A stretch of 64,000 nt of DNA from Candidatus Pelethousia sp. Lineage in GTDB: Bacteria; Bacillota; Clostridia; Christensenellales; CAG-138. The DNA lies in the NCBI GenBank assembly GCA_034928145.1, contig JAYFPE010000040.1, positions 5,282 through 69,281 of the forward strand, in the 5' to 3' direction. A program made the position numbers and the translations under genes. The notes beneath the pieces are model-generated. The model had not been told where the DNA came from and made no database searches. It worked only from the letters and a program-made list of their open reading frames with translations. Below, in pieces: positions 18,387 to 29,370 of this stretch (position 1 is its first letter; each line of letters opens with the position of its first letter).

Positions 18387-19385
18387 ATGTCCGTCATCGA
18401 GAGCATCCGCGAAAAGGCCAAGGCGAATGTGAAGCACATCGTCCTGCCTGAGGGCTGCGAGGAACGCACCGTGCAGGCCGCGGCGAAGATCACACAGGAG
18501 GGCCTCGCTAAGGTCACCTTGGTGGGAGACCCCCGTGAGATCCAGGCCGTAGCCGCCAAATTCGGCGTGAGCCTTGCGGGCGCCGCCATCGTCGACCCCG
18601 CCGCTTCCCCCGATTATCCGCGTTATTGTGAGGCTTTTGCCCAAATGCGCGCTAAGAAGGGCGTCACCATGGAGCAGGCGCAAAAGACGATGCTGGACCC
18701 GCTTTTTTTCGCAGCTATGATGGTTTACGATAATAAGGCCGACGGTTTCGTTTCCGGCGCGATCAACACCACCGGCAATACCCTTCGGCCCGGCCTGCAG
18801 ATCATCAAAACCACGCCCGGGGTCTCCACCGTTTCCAGCTGTTTCATTATGGAAGTGCCGGATAAGAGCTATGGTGAAGGCGGCATCCTCATCTTTGCGG
18901 ATTGCGCCGTAAATATCGAGCCCACGGCCCAGCAGCTGGCGGATATCGCTATCGCCTCCGCAAAAACCGGCAAGGCCCTCTGCGGGCTCGACCCCAAGGT
19001 GGCCATGCTCTCCTTCTCTACCAAGGGCAGCGCCAAGCACGAAAATGTGGACAAGGTGTCCGAGGCCACGCGTTTGGTCAAAGAGCTGGCCCCGGATCTG
19101 AATGTGGATGGCGAATTGCAGGCGGATGCGGCCCTGGTCGAAAAGGTCGGCCAGCTTAAATCCCCGGGCAGCCCTGTGGCGGGTCATGCCAACGTGTTGG
19201 TTTTTCCCGATCTGCAATCCGGTAACATCGGCTATAAGCTTGTGCAGCGCCTGGCCGGCGCCGAGGCAATAGGCCCCATCTGCCAGGGATTTGCCAGGCC
19301 TATCAACGACCTTTCGCGCGGCTGCAGCGTGGAGGATATCGTATCCCTGGTTGCGGTCACCGCCGTACAAGCGCAAAACCTCTAA
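18387..19385 (+). CDS. pta: Phosphate acetyltransferase
   Basis: [37 protein letters not shown] and DLSRGC motifs. Confidence 0.97.
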   Translation: MSVIESIREKAKANVKHIVLPEGCEERTVQAAAKITQEGLAKVTLVGDPREIQAVAAKFGVSLAGAAIVDPAASPDYPRYCEAFAQMRAKKGVTMEQAQKTMLDPLFFAAMMVYDNKADGFVSGAINTTGNTLRPGLQIIKTTPGVSTVSSCFIMEVPDKSYGEGGILIFADCAVNIEPTAQQLADIAIASAKTGKALCGLDPKVAMLSFSTKGSAKHENVDKVSEATRLVKELAPDLNVDGELQADAALVEKVGQLKSPGSPVAGHANVLVFPDLQSGNIGYKLVQRLAGAEAIGPICQGFARPINDLSRGCSVEDIVSLVAVTAVQAQNL

Positions 19386-19435
19386 AATAAAACCATTTTT
19401 GCATAAGGCGAAATACATAGGAGGATAATTTTTTC

Positions 19436-20638
19436 ATGAAAGTATTGGTCATCAACGCGGGCAGTTCTTCCCTCAAATACCAGCTGATCGACACAGAAAG
19501 CAACGATATCATCGCCAAGGGTATCTGCGAGCGCATCGGCATCGGCGGTTCCAAGCTGACCTACAAGCCCACGGGCAAGGCCGCCCACGAAGTTGAAAAG
19601 GATATGAAGGATCATACCGAGGCCATCCAGATGGTGCTGGATGCGCTGGTCGATAAAGAGATCGGCGTGGTGGACAGCATGGCCGAGATCGACGCCGTGG
19701 GTCACCGTATCCTGCACGGCGGCATGAAGTTTACCAGCTCCTGCCTCATCGACGATGCCTGCATGAGCGCCATCGAGGAATGCATCCCCCTGGGGCCGCT
19801 GCATAACCCGGCCAACCTCATGGGCATCCGCGCCTGCCAAACCATTATGCCCGGCACCCCCATGGTGGCAGTGTTCGATACGGCCTTCCACCAGACCATG
19901 CCCCCGGAAGCCTATATGTACGCCCTGCCCCCCGAAGCGTTTGAAAAGCACATGGTGCGGCGCTATGGTTTCCATGGCACCAGCCACTTCTATGTATCTC
20001 AGCGGGCCATCGCCAAGCTTGATATGCCCGCCGCCGAGACCCGTGTCATCACCTGCCACTTGGGCAACGGCTCCAGTATCTCGGCTGTGAAGGGCGGCAA
20101 GTGCATCGATACCTCCATGGGCCTCACGCCCCTTGAAGGCGTGCCTATGGGCACCCGCTGCGGCGATATGGATCCGGCCATCGTCCCCTTCTTAATGGAA
20201 AAGCTGGGCCTCGATGGGCCGAGCATGTGCACCTATATGAATAAGAAGAGCGGTGTGCTGGGTATGTCCGGCGTTTCCAGCGATTTCCGCGACCTGGCCG
20301 CAGCCGCGGCCCAGGGAAACGAGCGGGCGGAGCTGGCCATCAAAACCTTCTCCTATAAGGTCAAGAAATATATCGGTTCCTATGCGGCGGCTCTGGGTGG
20401 GGTGGACGCCATCGTCTTCACCGCGGGCGTGGGCGAGAACGACCGCGACGTGCGCGCGCGCATCCTCACGGGCCTGGAGTACCTGGGCGTGGATGTAGAT
20501 TTCGATTATAACGAAACCTGCCCACGCGGAGAGGAAGTGGAGATCAGCAAGCCCGAAAGCAAGGTGAAGGTGTTTGTGATCCCCACAGACGAAGAAATGG
20601 TCATCGCCAAGGATACGGCCAGGCTTGCCGCCAAATAA
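19436..20638 (+). CDS. ackA: Acetate kinase
   Basis: INAGSSSLKY, GHRILHGG, PLHNP, FDTAFH, YGFHGTSH and TDEE motifs. Confidence 0.98.
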   Translation: MKVLVINAGSSSLKYQLIDTESNDIIAKGICERIGIGGSKLTYKPTGKAAHEVEKDMKDHTEAIQMVLDALVDKEIGVVDSMAEIDAVGHRILHGGMKFTSSCLIDDACMSAIEECIPLGPLHNPANLMGIRACQTIMPGTPMVAVFDTAFHQTMPPEAYMYALPPEAFEKHMVRRYGFHGTSHFYVSQRAIAKLDMPAAETRVITCHLGNGSSISAVKGGKCIDTSMGLTPLEGVPMGTRCGDMDPAIVPFLMEKLGLDGPSMCTYMNKKSGVLGMSGVSSDFRDLAAAAAQGNERAELAIKTFSYKVKKYIGSYAAALGGVDAIVFTAGVGENDRDVRARILTGLEYLGVDVDFDYNETCPRGEEVEISKPESKVKVFVIPTDEEMVIAKDTARLAAK

Positions 20639-20734
20639 TAAGATAAAAGCTTGGTTACAGGGCGTGGGAGCTGGAAATTTCGTATTGACAAAACCCCGCC
20701 CTGCATATAAAATGAACGATGTCGGATTTTTGAG

Positions 20735-21259
20735 GTGTCCCGGATGAAATTCTCCATTGCCACGCAGTTGCGGCAGATCGGCCTTGTAGGCCGATACGTT
20801 GTGGATGAGGCGATGTCGCCCCAAACCTACATGGGCGGCGAGGTATCCTTTGCAGCCCCTTTGCATGTAGAGGCCACGTATGTTTTCGATGGCGAGGGTT
20901 TCACCGTGAGAGGCACTGTCAAGACCGCGTTGCGCTCCACCTGCGCCCTGTGCGCCAAGGCGTTTGACGAACCCTTTGCATTTGAGTTTGAAGAGCGGTT
21001 TGTCAAAGATCCCGGCCCGGAGGATGAGGCCTATCCCATAGGCAACGAAGAGCTTGATATCACCCGGCCCGTGTTGGACAATCTCTTTCTGAACCTGCCG
21101 CTGCAAAGCATATGCAGGCCAGGATGCAAGGGCCTTTGCCCGGTATGCGGGTGCGATTTGAATTCCGTCCAGTGCGCTTGCCTGCGTGGGGAGGAACCCG
21201 AAAGGGAAAATCCTTTCGCCAAGCTCAGTGCCCTGTTGAATCACGATAAGGAGGTGTAA
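20735..21259 (+). CDS. DUF177 (YceD/YlbN) protein
   Basis: CALC and [13 protein letters not shown] motifs; immediately upstream of rpmF. Confidence 0.9.
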   Translation: MSRMKFSIATQLRQIGLVGRYVVDEAMSPQTYMGGEVSFAAPLHVEATYVFDGEGFTVRGTVKTALRSTCALCAKAFDEPFAFEFEERFVKDPGPEDEAYPIGNEELDITRPVLDNLFLNLPLQSICRPGCKGLCPVCGCDLNSVQCACLRGEEPERENPFAKLSALLNHDKEV

Positions 21260-21261
21260 GT

Positions 21262-21444
21262 ATGGCGGTCCCCAAAAGAAAAACATCCAAGGCCAAGCGC
21301 GATGCGCGTAGAGCCAATTGGAAGCTGTCCATTCCCGGTATCGTGGAATGCCCGCAGTGCCACGAGGCGAAGCTCGCCCATCGGGTGTGCAAAAAGTGCG
21401 GCTATTACGATGGCAAGCAGGCTATTAAAGTTGAAAAGGCCTAA
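21262..21444 (+). CDS. rpmF: 50S ribosomal protein L32
   Basis: [31 protein letters not shown]. Confidence 0.97.
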   Translation: MAVPKRKTSKAKRDARRANWKLSIPGIVECPQCHEAKLAHRVCKKCGYYDGKQAIKVEKA

Positions 21445-21456
21445 CAGCATAACATT

Positions 21457-21485
21457 AGGGCTTCCCACTGGAGGGAAGTCCTTTT
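21457..21485 (+). terminator. Rho-independent terminator after rpmF
   Basis: AGGGCTTCCC-ACTGGA-GGGAAGTCCT-TTT. Confidence 0.75.
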
Positions 21486-21637
21486 GCTATACGGCAAGTT
21501 AGCCGCCCGCATATAACCCCGGGCCCGGCCTTCGGCCGCAAAGGCTGCCATAGCTTTGTCGAGGCCGCTCACTATAGGCCCCGCTACGCATGCGCTCGCG
21601 CCTTGGGCTGAAAATCCAATCGGGAAGGGATAACACT

Positions 21638-22042
21638 ATGAAAACGCTGGCACTCTACTTCTCCTACGCAGGACACACAAGGAAAATCGCCGAAACCGAA
21701 GCCGCCAAATGCGGAGCGGACATCGCCGAAATTAAAACAGCGGGGCGTTTGGGTATGTTTCGCGGCAGCCTGAAAGCTATGCGGGGCAAGGCCACGAAAA
21801 TTCAACCGCTAACGGTCAGCCTCTCCGGCTACGACGTCATCAAGCTGTATTCGCCGATTTGGGCCGGCAACACCCACGCCGCCGCAAACGCTGTGCTTGA
21901 TATGCTTCCAAGCGGCAAGAATATCGAGATTGCCCTTGTTTCCGGCAGCGGCACCAGCAAATGCCGTGAGCGCATAACGGGCATCGTCAAGGCAAAAGGC
22001 TGTACGCTCACGGGGTTCAGGGACATTAAGGCAAGTTCATGA
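21638..22042 (+). CDS. Flavodoxin-like protein
   Basis: MKTLALYFSYAGHTRKIAE and YDVIKLYSPIWAG. Confidence 0.8.
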   Translation: MKTLALYFSYAGHTRKIAETEAAKCGADIAEIKTAGRLGMFRGSLKAMRGKATKIQPLTVSLSGYDVIKLYSPIWAGNTHAAANAVLDMLPSGKNIEIALVSGSGTSKCRERITGIVKAKGCTLTGFRDIKASS

Positions 22043-22548
22043 AAAATAACGAATCTAAAACCACCCGCCGAATCGTGCTTGCCTTATTTATCCTGTATGT
22101 GCTGGCTATCCTGTTCCTCCTGGTCATCCCAAATAACTACCGCGGCCATAATGTGCTGATTGGCGGCCTTACATGGGATCGGTGGATGGCGTACGTTGGG
22201 GGCGGCTTTAACCTTGTGCCGTTCCGTGGGATAGCTGAACAGATAGGCAGCATAATCGTTGGGGAGGATGTGGCGCGAAACTTAATCTATTTGGCTGGCA
22301 ACCTTGCAGGGTTTGCACCATTGGGTTTTTTCCTGCCCGCGATGTTTGCGAGACAGCGCAAGTTCCGGACGTTTCTTATCACCGTCTTGCTGGCGATTGC
22401 CGGCTTGGAACTTGTGCAGTTAATGACGATGCGCGGTTCTTGCGACATTGACGACATTATCTTAAACGCCGCCGGCGCTTGCCTCGGTTTTTGGATAATG
22501 CACAAATCGGTCAGGCATATTACAGGTTCGAAACAAGAAGCGGATTAG
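22039..22548 (+). CDS. VanZ-family membrane protein
   Basis: FNLVPF, GNLAGFAPLG and ELVQL..RGSCDIDDIILNAAG motifs. Confidence 0.88.
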   Translation: MKNNESKTTRRIVLALFILYVLAILFLLVIPNNYRGHNVLIGGLTWDRWMAYVGGGFNLVPFRGIAEQIGSIIVGEDVARNLIYLAGNLAGFAPLGFFLPAMFARQRKFRTFLITVLLAIAGLELVQLMTMRGSCDIDDIILNAAGACLGFWIMHKSVRHITGSKQEAD

Positions 22549-22665
22549 TATTATAACCCGGCTCGCCGAATGCATCGGCAAAAGGGTATACAATTTCAAC
22601 GTTTAACTTGCGGGGTACGCATTTTAACAATAGACAGTACCTACGCCAGAACAGGAGGATAGCAG

Positions 22666-23682
22666 ATGACTAGGATCGCGATAGACGTTTTCGGCGGGGA
22701 TCACGCCCCGGCCGCCACCATCGAAGGTTCCGTGCAGGCGCTTAAAAACTTTAGCGATATCGAGCTTTTGCTCTTTGGCGATGAGGAAAAGATTGAGAGA
22801 GAGCTGTCCAAATTCCCCGATGCGGATCGGGGCCGCATCGGCATTCGCCATGCGCCGCAGGTTATTTCTTTAGAAGAATCGCCCACGGCTGCCATACGCT
22901 CGAAAAAGGATTCCTCCTTGGTGCGGGGCCTCGAGGCCGTAAAGGCGGGCGAAGTCGCCTGTTTGGTATCCGCGGGCAGCACCGGCGCGCTGCTGGCCGG
23001 GGCCACGCTCATCGTGCGGCGCATACCGGGCGTGAAGCGGCCTGCCTTGGGCATGGCTATCCCAAACAAGCTGGGCGGCTTTACTCTTTTGATGGACTGC
23101 GGGGCCAATACGGATTCCAAACCCTCCTTCCTGCTGCAATTCGCGGTGATGGCCAGCGCCTACCTCGAAGGGGTGATGGGGGTGAAGGAACCGCGCATCG
23201 GCCTTTTGAACAACGGTGTGGAGGCCGAAAAGGGAAACGCCCTCACCAAGGCAGCCTATCCGCTGCTTGCCGGCGCGCCCATCCGCTTTGCGGGCAATTG
23301 TGAAGCTCGCGAAATTCCTTCCGGCGATTTTGACGCGGTGATCTGCGACGGATTCGACGGCAATATCGTGCTCAAATATACCGAGGGCCTGGCGGACGCG
23401 CTGATCAGCATGCTCAAAAGAGAGCTTTTGGCGGATAAGCGCAGCAAACTGGGCGCGGCTTTAAGTAAACCCGCCTTCCGCCGCTTTAAAAAAACCATGG
23501 ATTATACGGAATACGGCGGCGCGCCCCTTTTGGGCGTGGACGGCGGCATCATCAAGGCCCACGGCAGCTCCAATGCCAAGGCATTTTGCGCTGCCATCGG
23601 CCAGGCGCGGCGCTTTGCCGGGGCGGATATACGCGGCGCCATCGCCGCCGCCATGGCCGCCCTGCCTGAGATAGAGGATTGA
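22666..23682 (+). CDS. plsX: Phosphate acyltransferase PlsX
   Basis: IAIDVFGGDHAP, KKDSS, SAGSTGA, CDGFDGN and KAHGSS motifs. Confidence 0.96.
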   Translation: MTRIAIDVFGGDHAPAATIEGSVQALKNFSDIELLLFGDEEKIERELSKFPDADRGRIGIRHAPQVISLEESPTAAIRSKKDSSLVRGLEAVKAGEVACLVSAGSTGALLAGATLIVRRIPGVKRPALGMAIPNKLGGFTLLMDCGANTDSKPSFLLQFAVMASAYLEGVMGVKEPRIGLLNNGVEAEKGNALTKAAYPLLAGAPIRFAGNCEAREIPSGDFDAVICDGFDGNIVLKYTEGLADALISMLKRELLADKRSKLGAALSKPAFRRFKKTMDYTEYGGAPLLGVDGGIIKAHGSSNAKAFCAAIGQARRFAGADIRGAIAAAMAALPEIED

Positions 23683-23764
23683 CATCGGGGCCATATCAGG
23701 CTAAACTATCCCTAGTAATCTTGGCAATCATACTTTTTATTGAATAACCGAAAGGCGGTGCAAC

Positions 23765-23986
23765 ATGGATTTTGAAAAGATTCGCGATATGATCGCAAAG
23801 CAGATGGATATCCCGGCGGAAAGCATCACGGAGGAATCCCGCTTGGGTGAGGATCTCAAAGCCGATTCCCTCGACCTGGTGGAGTTGGTAATGGACCTCG
23901 AGCAGGAATACGGGGTGCAAATCCCCGAGGAGGCCCTGCCGAATATCAAGACCGTGGGCGATATTGCGGCATTCCTCAACAAATAG
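23765..23986 (+). CDS. acpP: Acyl carrier protein
   Basis: DLKADSLDLVELVM phosphopantetheine site. Confidence 0.95.
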   Translation: MDFEKIRDMIAKQMDIPAESITEESRLGEDLKADSLDLVELVMDLEQEYGVQIPEEALPNIKTVGDIAAFLNK

Positions 23987-24055
23987 GGCCAAGCTAAAAC
24001 ACTCTGCCCGCATCTTGAACGGATGCGGGCCTTTTCACTTGAAGGGGTGGTGGAG

Positions 24056-24775
24056 ATGGAGCTGGAATACATCCGGGGCAACAGCCTTCGAGCTTTGCAG
24101 CAAAAGCTGGGCTATTGCTTTTCGGATCTGCTGCTGTTGGATGCGGCGCTGACGCATACTTCCTATGTCAAGGGGGATGGAAAAGCCCACAAGCACAACG
24201 AGCGCTTGGAATTCCTGGGCGACGCGGTGCTGGAGCTATGCGTGAGCGAATATTTATACCGCAACTACCCGGAGCTCAACGAGGGCGTTATGACCCGCGC
24301 GCGGGCTGCTTCCGTATGCGAAGCTGCCCTGCACAAGGCCGCTTTGGAATTGGGCCTGGGCGAATGCCTGCGCCTGAGCCGGGGCGAGGAGCATTCCGGC
24401 GGGCGCTCTAAGCCCTCTATCTTGGCGGACGCCGTGGAGGCCGTGCTGGGGGCCATTTATCTTGACGGCGGCATGGAGGAGGCGCGCGCCTTTGCGCTTC
24501 GTCTCACCCAAGCGCAGATCCAGGATGCCGTGGCCAATGTGGACGCCAAGGATTATAAAACCATGCTGCAGGAGCATGTGCAAAAGTTGCATAAGGGCAA
24601 TGTGAGCTACGAGCTCTTAGCATCCAGCGGCCCGGATCACCAAAAAACCTTTACCATGCGGGTGGTCGTGTCCGGCAAGCCCATGGGCGAGGGCAGCGGC
24701 GGCTCCAAGCAAGAGGCGGGGCAGGCCGCGGCCCGGGAAACCATGCGCATGCTGTGCATTGGGCCGGAAAAATAA
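24056..24775 (+). CDS. rnc: Ribonuclease III
   Basis: ALTHTSY, NERLEFLGDAVL, ADAVEA and the dsRBD DYKTMLQE. Confidence 0.96.
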   Translation: MELEYIRGNSLRALQQKLGYCFSDLLLLDAALTHTSYVKGDGKAHKHNERLEFLGDAVLELCVSEYLYRNYPELNEGVMTRARAASVCEAALHKAALELGLGECLRLSRGEEHSGGRSKPSILADAVEAVLGAIYLDGGMEEARAFALRLTQAQIQDAVANVDAKDYKTMLQEHVQKLHKGNVSYELLASSGPDHQKTFTMRVVVSGKPMGEGSGGSKQEAGQAAARETMRMLCIGPEK

Positions 24776-24821
24776 GCCCGCTTGCGGGCAGAGACTTTTT
24801 GAGAGGCAGGGTTTCAGAGCA

Positions 24822-27800
24822 TTGCGATTGACAAAGCTGGAGATCAACGGATTCAAATCCTTTGCAAAAAAAACCGAAATCGATATTCCGAGCGGCATCA
24901 CTGCCATTATCGGCCCCAACGGCAGCGGCAAGAGCAACATTGCCGACGCCGTGCGCTGGGTTTTGGGGGAGCAGAGCGCCAAGGCCCTGCGCGGCGCGAA
25001 AATGGAGGACGTGATCTTCAACGGCACGGAATCACGCAAGCCGCAGGCCTTCTGTGAGGTCACCCTTACATTCGATAATTCGGATGGCGAGCTGCCTACG
25101 GAATTCGCCGAGGTGAGCATTACCCGCCGGGTTTACAGGAGCGGCGAGAGCGAATACCTCATCAACCGTTCCGCCTGCCGCTTAAAGGATATCCAGGCCC
25201 TTTTCCGCGATACGGGGGTGGGTAAGGAAGGCTATTCCATTATCGGCCAGGGCCGGGTGGAAGAGATCCTTTCCAACAAATCGGGCGACCGTAGAGCCGC
25301 CTTTGAGGAAGCGGCCGGCGTGATGAAATACCGCGTGCGCAAGGAAGAGGCCGAACGCAAGCTGGAAAACACCAAAAAGAACCTGGTGCGCATTCAGGAT
25401 ATCTTAGAAGAATTGGAAAACCAGGTGGGCCCGCTGGAAGAACAGAGCGCGGACGCGCGGGAATTCCTGCGCCTTCGGGAAGAGCTGCGGGAGATCGAGG
25501 TAAACGTATTTTTATATGAATACGACAAGCTCAGCGAACGGCTTACCTCCCTTGAGCAGGCTTTAAACCAATTCGATGAAGAAATCGCCTCGGCCACCGC
25601 CCTTTCCGAAAAGCTGGGGCAGGATTGCGTAGCTGCGGAGGATAAGGAGCGGCGCTTGAGCAGCGCCATATCGGAGGTGCAGAATAAGCTGCTCTCGGCT
25701 TCCTCCGGCGCGGAGGCCCACGCGGGCTCCGCCAAGGTGTTGCAGGAGCGCATGGCCAACCTCGTGCGTGAGCGCGAGCGCCTGGAGGCGGACGGGGCCG
25801 AATATGCCAGCCGCGCCGCAGCGCTGCGCGTGCAGATCGACGAGCTTGCCAAAGAGGCCGAGCAGGCGCAGGCAGCCAAGGCGGAGAGCAGCGCAGCCTT
25901 GGGGGAAACCGAAAAGAAGCGCACAGCCATGCAGGCGGATATTGAGGGCCGCGAGGCCGAGGCGGAACGCCAGAAGAACGCCATGATCGAGGCGCTCAAC
26001 CGTTTGAGCGACGCCAAGAGCCGCATCTCTCGCCTCGAAGCCATCAAGACCACCCTGCTCGAGCGCATCCGTGAAACCGAAGAGCGCGGGGACGAGATCA
26101 AGGCGGACGGGGAAAAGCTGGCCGAGGAATTTGAGACGCTCGACGCGCATTATCGTCGCCTCAAAAGCGCCTACGACGAAAAGTTAGCGGCTAAAACACA
26201 GGCCATCGAGCGGGTGAACGAGCTGCAAAGCGGCGTTAAGGCCGCGCAGGAGGCCCTGCGCAAGGTGGAGCAGCAGACCCAGGCCGCCACCAGCCGCGTA
26301 AAGGTGCTGGAGGAAATGAAGCGGGCCTACGAGGGCTATTATACCAGCGTGCGCAACCTCTTAAAGGATGCGGATCGGGATACGGCCCTGGGCCGCCGCA
26401 TCGAGGGCGTGGTGGCGGAGTTGATCCGCGTGCCCCAAGAATATGAAGTAGCCATCGAAATGACGCTGGGCAGCGGCTTGCAAAATATCGTCACCCCTAC
26501 GGAAGAGGATGCCAAGAAGGTTATCGAGCACCTGCGCAGCCGCCAGTATGGACGGGCCACCCTTTTGCCTGTCACCATCATGCGCTCCCGCCTTTTAAGC
26601 GATATTGAGCTATCTTATTGCCGGGTAGATGGCTACCTGGGCGTGGCCAGCGATTTGGTGGGCTTTGAAGAGCGTTACCGCGGCATTTTCGAAAACTTAT
26701 TGGGCCGCACGGTGCTGGTAAAGGATTTGGACGCGGGTATCGCCATCAACAAGCGGGCCAGAGGGGGATTCCGCATCGCCACGCTGAAAGGGGATATCAT
26801 CAACCCCGGCGGCTCCATGACCGGCGGCAGCACGCAGAAGCGGGAATTTAGCCTCATCGGCCGTGAGCGTGAGATCGAAGAGCTGCAAAAGGGCCTCGAG
26901 AGCCTCAAAAAGCAGGCGGCTGCCAAAGCGGCGGAGGTAGAGGCCCTGGGCGAAGAGATCCTCCATGCCAACCGCGCGCTTGAGGAGGCCGCCGAGGCCA
27001 TCCACGCGCAGGATCTGGAGGTTGCCACCCAGCGCGAGAAGGTGGAGGCTCTGCGGCAATACGTAGAAGAGAATAAGCAGCAGCAGGAGCGTGTGGAACT
27101 GGAAAGCACCCAGCTGCGGGATAATATTGAGAATATCGACGAGCAATGCGGCGAGGCGCGGCAGGACCAGAGCAGCCTGGAAGAGGGCCATGTGGCCACG
27201 CAGGAGGATATCCGCCGCATGCAGGCGGAGCTCACCGCCCTGCGGCTGGAATATGAAAAGGTGAACGAGGCCGCCACCGAGGATAAAGTGGCCTTGGTGG
27301 CCCGCGAAAAGGAAGCCCAGGCTGCTTATCAGGCCCTCGAGCGCATGCGGCGGGAAGCGGAGGCCCTCGAAAAACAGGCTGCGCAAGCCCTGCTCGCCGC
27401 CGAGGAAGGCACGGCCCAATTTCTGACCCTGCAAAAGGAGCTTTCGGAGCTTGGCAGCAGCATCGACGTGGAGCGCAAGGATATCGACGGCCTCACGGAT
27501 CAGCTGCGGGCCATGGAGGAGGAACGAGCCCAACACCTCACGGCCCTGGATGAAATGCGCGAGCGCCGCGAAAAGAACGCCATCGACCTGGGCGACCTAA
27601 GGGAGCGGCGGCATAAATCCGAGCTCAACCAGAGCCGCTCGCAGCTGGAGCTGGCGAATATGCAGGATCGCATCTGGAACGACTACGAGCTGACCTATGA
27701 AAACGCCCAGCCCCTGCGCCGCAACATCACTATCACTGCCAGCCATGTGCGGGTAGATGAATTAAAAAAGTCGATCCGCGCCCTTGGCGACGTCAACGTG

Positions 27801-28385
27801 AACGCCATCGAGGATTACCGCAATGTGAAGGAAAGGTTCGACGCCCTGCGCGCCCAGTATGACGACCTGACCCAGGCCGAAGCGGACTTGCAGGTGTTGA
27901 TCGCGGACCTGGTGCGCACGATGGAAGTGGAGTTCAAGCGCCAGTTCGCCTTGATCCAGCAGAATTTTGCCACGGTTTTCGTGGAGCTTTTCGGCGGCGG
28001 CAGGGCGGAGTTGGTGCTCGGCGACGAGAAGGATATCCTCAATTGTGAGATCGATATCATCGCGCAGCCCCCGGGTAAAAAGCTACAGCTTTTATCCCTG
28101 CTCTCGGGCGGGGAGCGGGCGCTCACGGCCATCGCGCTGCTCTTTGCCATCCTCAAGCTCAAGCCTACGGCATTTTGCATCCTGGATGAGATCGAGGCCG
28201 CGCTGGACGAGGCCAACGTATCCAACTTTGCGGAATACGTGCGCAATTATTCGGAGAATACCCAGTTCATCCTCATCACCCACCGCAAGGGCAGCATGCA
28301 GGTATGCGATTCGCTCTATGGCGTGGCGATGGAGGAAAAGGGCGTGTCCAAGGTGGTATCCGCCCGCTTTAGCGAGATCGCGTAA
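24822..28385 (+). CDS. smc: Chromosome segregation protein SMC
   Basis: GFKSF, GPNGSGKSN, hinge region, LSGGE and LDEIEAALD motifs. Confidence 0.97.
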   Translation: MRLTKLEINGFKSFAKKTEIDIPSGITAIIGPNGSGKSNIADAVRWVLGEQSAKALRGAKMEDVIFNGTESRKPQAFCEVTLTFDNSDGELPTEFAEVSITRRVYRSGESEYLINRSACRLKDIQALFRDTGVGKEGYSIIGQGRVEEILSNKSGDRRAAFEEAAGVMKYRVRKEEAERKLENTKKNLVRIQDILEELENQVGPLEEQSADAREFLRLREELREIEVNVFLYEYDKLSERLTSLEQALNQFDEEIASATALSEKLGQDCVAAEDKERRLSSAISEVQNKLLSASSGAEAHAGSAKVLQERMANLVRERERLEADGAEYASRAAALRVQIDELAKEAEQAQAAKAESSAALGETEKKRTAMQADIEGREAEAERQKNAMIEALNRLSDAKSRISRLEAIKTTLLERIRETEERGDEIKADGEKLAEEFETLDAHYRRLKSAYDEKLAAKTQAIERVNELQSGVKAAQEALRKVEQQTQAATSRVKVLEEMKRAYEGYYTSVRNLLKDADRDTALGRRIEGVVAELIRVPQEYEVAIEMTLGSGLQNIVTPTEEDAKKVIEHLRSRQYGRATLLPVTIMRSRLLSDIELSYCRVDGYLGVASDLVGFEERYRGIFENLLGRTVLVKDLDAGIAINKRARGGFRIATLKGDIINPGGSMTGGSTQKREFSLIGREREIEELQKGLESLKKQAAAKAAEVEALGEEILHANRALEEAAEAIHAQDLEVATQREKVEALRQYVEENKQQQERVELESTQLRDNIENIDEQCGEARQDQSSLEEGHVATQEDIRRMQAELTALRLEYEKVNEAATEDKVALVAREKEAQAAYQALERMRREAEALEKQAAQALLAAEEGTAQFLTLQKELSELGSSIDVERKDIDGLTDQLRAMEEERAQHLTALDEMRERREKNAIDLGDLRERRHKSELNQSRSQLELANMQDRIWNDYELTYENAQPLRRNITITASHVRVDELKKSIRALGDVNVNAIEDYRNVKERFDALRAQYDDLTQAEADLQVLIADLVRTMEVEFKRQFALIQQNFATVFVELFGGGRAELVLGDEKDILNCEIDIIAQPPGKKLQLLSLLSGGERALTAIALLFAILKLKPTAFCILDEIEAALDEANVSNFAEYVRNYSENTQFILITHRKGSMQVCDSLYGVAMEEKGVSKVVSARFSEIA

Positions 28386-28403
28386 AGGGAGCATAGAGAA
28401 TCT

Positions 28404-29306
28404 ATGGCGAATTTTTTTGATAAACTACGCCAGGGCCTGGCTAAGACCGGCGGCGGGATGCTGGCCGGTATCTTTGCGGGCGATGAGCGTATAGACGGCG
28501 ATTTTTTTGATGAGTTGGAAGAAGCCCTTATCGTGGCGGACGTGGGCATGGAGACTACAGCCGCCTTAATCGGCCAACTGCGCGAGGCCATCAGCCGGGA
28601 TAAGCTGCACACCCGCAGCGAGGCGCGGCAGGCGCTGGCCGCTATCCTGGCCGCCGCCATGGAACCGAAAACGGACTTTGCGCCCGAGCGCGGCCCGGCG
28701 GCCCTATTGATCGTGGGCGTAAACGGCGTGGGCAAAACCACATCTTTGGGCAAGCTGGCCCATTATTATAAAGCCGCGGGCCGAAGCCCCATGCTGGCCG
28801 CCGCGGATACCTTTCGCGCGGCCGCTGCCGAGCAACTGACTGTTTGGGCCGAGCGGGCGGACGTGTCTATCGTCAAGCAGGGCGAGGGGGCGGATCCGGC
28901 GGCCGTGGTGTTCGACGCGATTTCCTCCTTCAAGGCCCGGGGCCGGGATATTCTGCTGGTTGATACGGCCGGGCGGCTGCACAATAAGAAAAACCTGATG
29001 GACGAGCTGGCCAAGATGCGCCGCGTCCTCAGCCGGGAACTGCCGGATATCCCCTGCGAGGCCCTTCTGGTGCTGGATGCAACCACCGGCCAGAACGCCA
29101 TCGCCCAGGCCAAGGCCTTTGGCGAGGCCACGGGGCTGACGGGCGTGATCCTCACCAAGCTTGACGGCACCGCTAAGGGCGGTGTGGCCCTGGCCGTAAG
29201 GGCCCAGCTGGGCGTGCCCGTGCGTTTCGTGGGCGTGGGTGAGGGCATAGACGACCTTTTGCCCTTTGACGCGGCTTCTTTCTCCAAGGCGCTGCTGAAT
29301 CTTTAG
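28404..29306 (+). CDS. ftsY: SRP receptor FtsY
   Basis: GVNGVGKTT, DTFRAAA, DTAGR and TKLDGTAKGG motifs. Confidence 0.97.
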   Translation: MANFFDKLRQGLAKTGGGMLAGIFAGDERIDGDFFDELEEALIVADVGMETTAALIGQLREAISRDKLHTRSEARQALAAILAAAMEPKTDFAPERGPAALLIVGVNGVGKTTSLGKLAHYYKAAGRSPMLAAADTFRAAAAEQLTVWAERADVSIVKQGEGADPAAVVFDAISSFKARGRDILLVDTAGRLHNKKNLMDELAKMRRVLSRELPDIPCEALLVLDATTGQNAIAQAKAFGEATGLTGVILTKLDGTAKGGVALAVRAQLGVPVRFVGVGEGIDDLLPFDAASFSKALLNL

Positions 29307-29370
29307 GGCAACGATATGCCCCATGCTGTCTACGCGGGCGGCGCATCTATAGTTTCCCTGCAAAAAGTGC

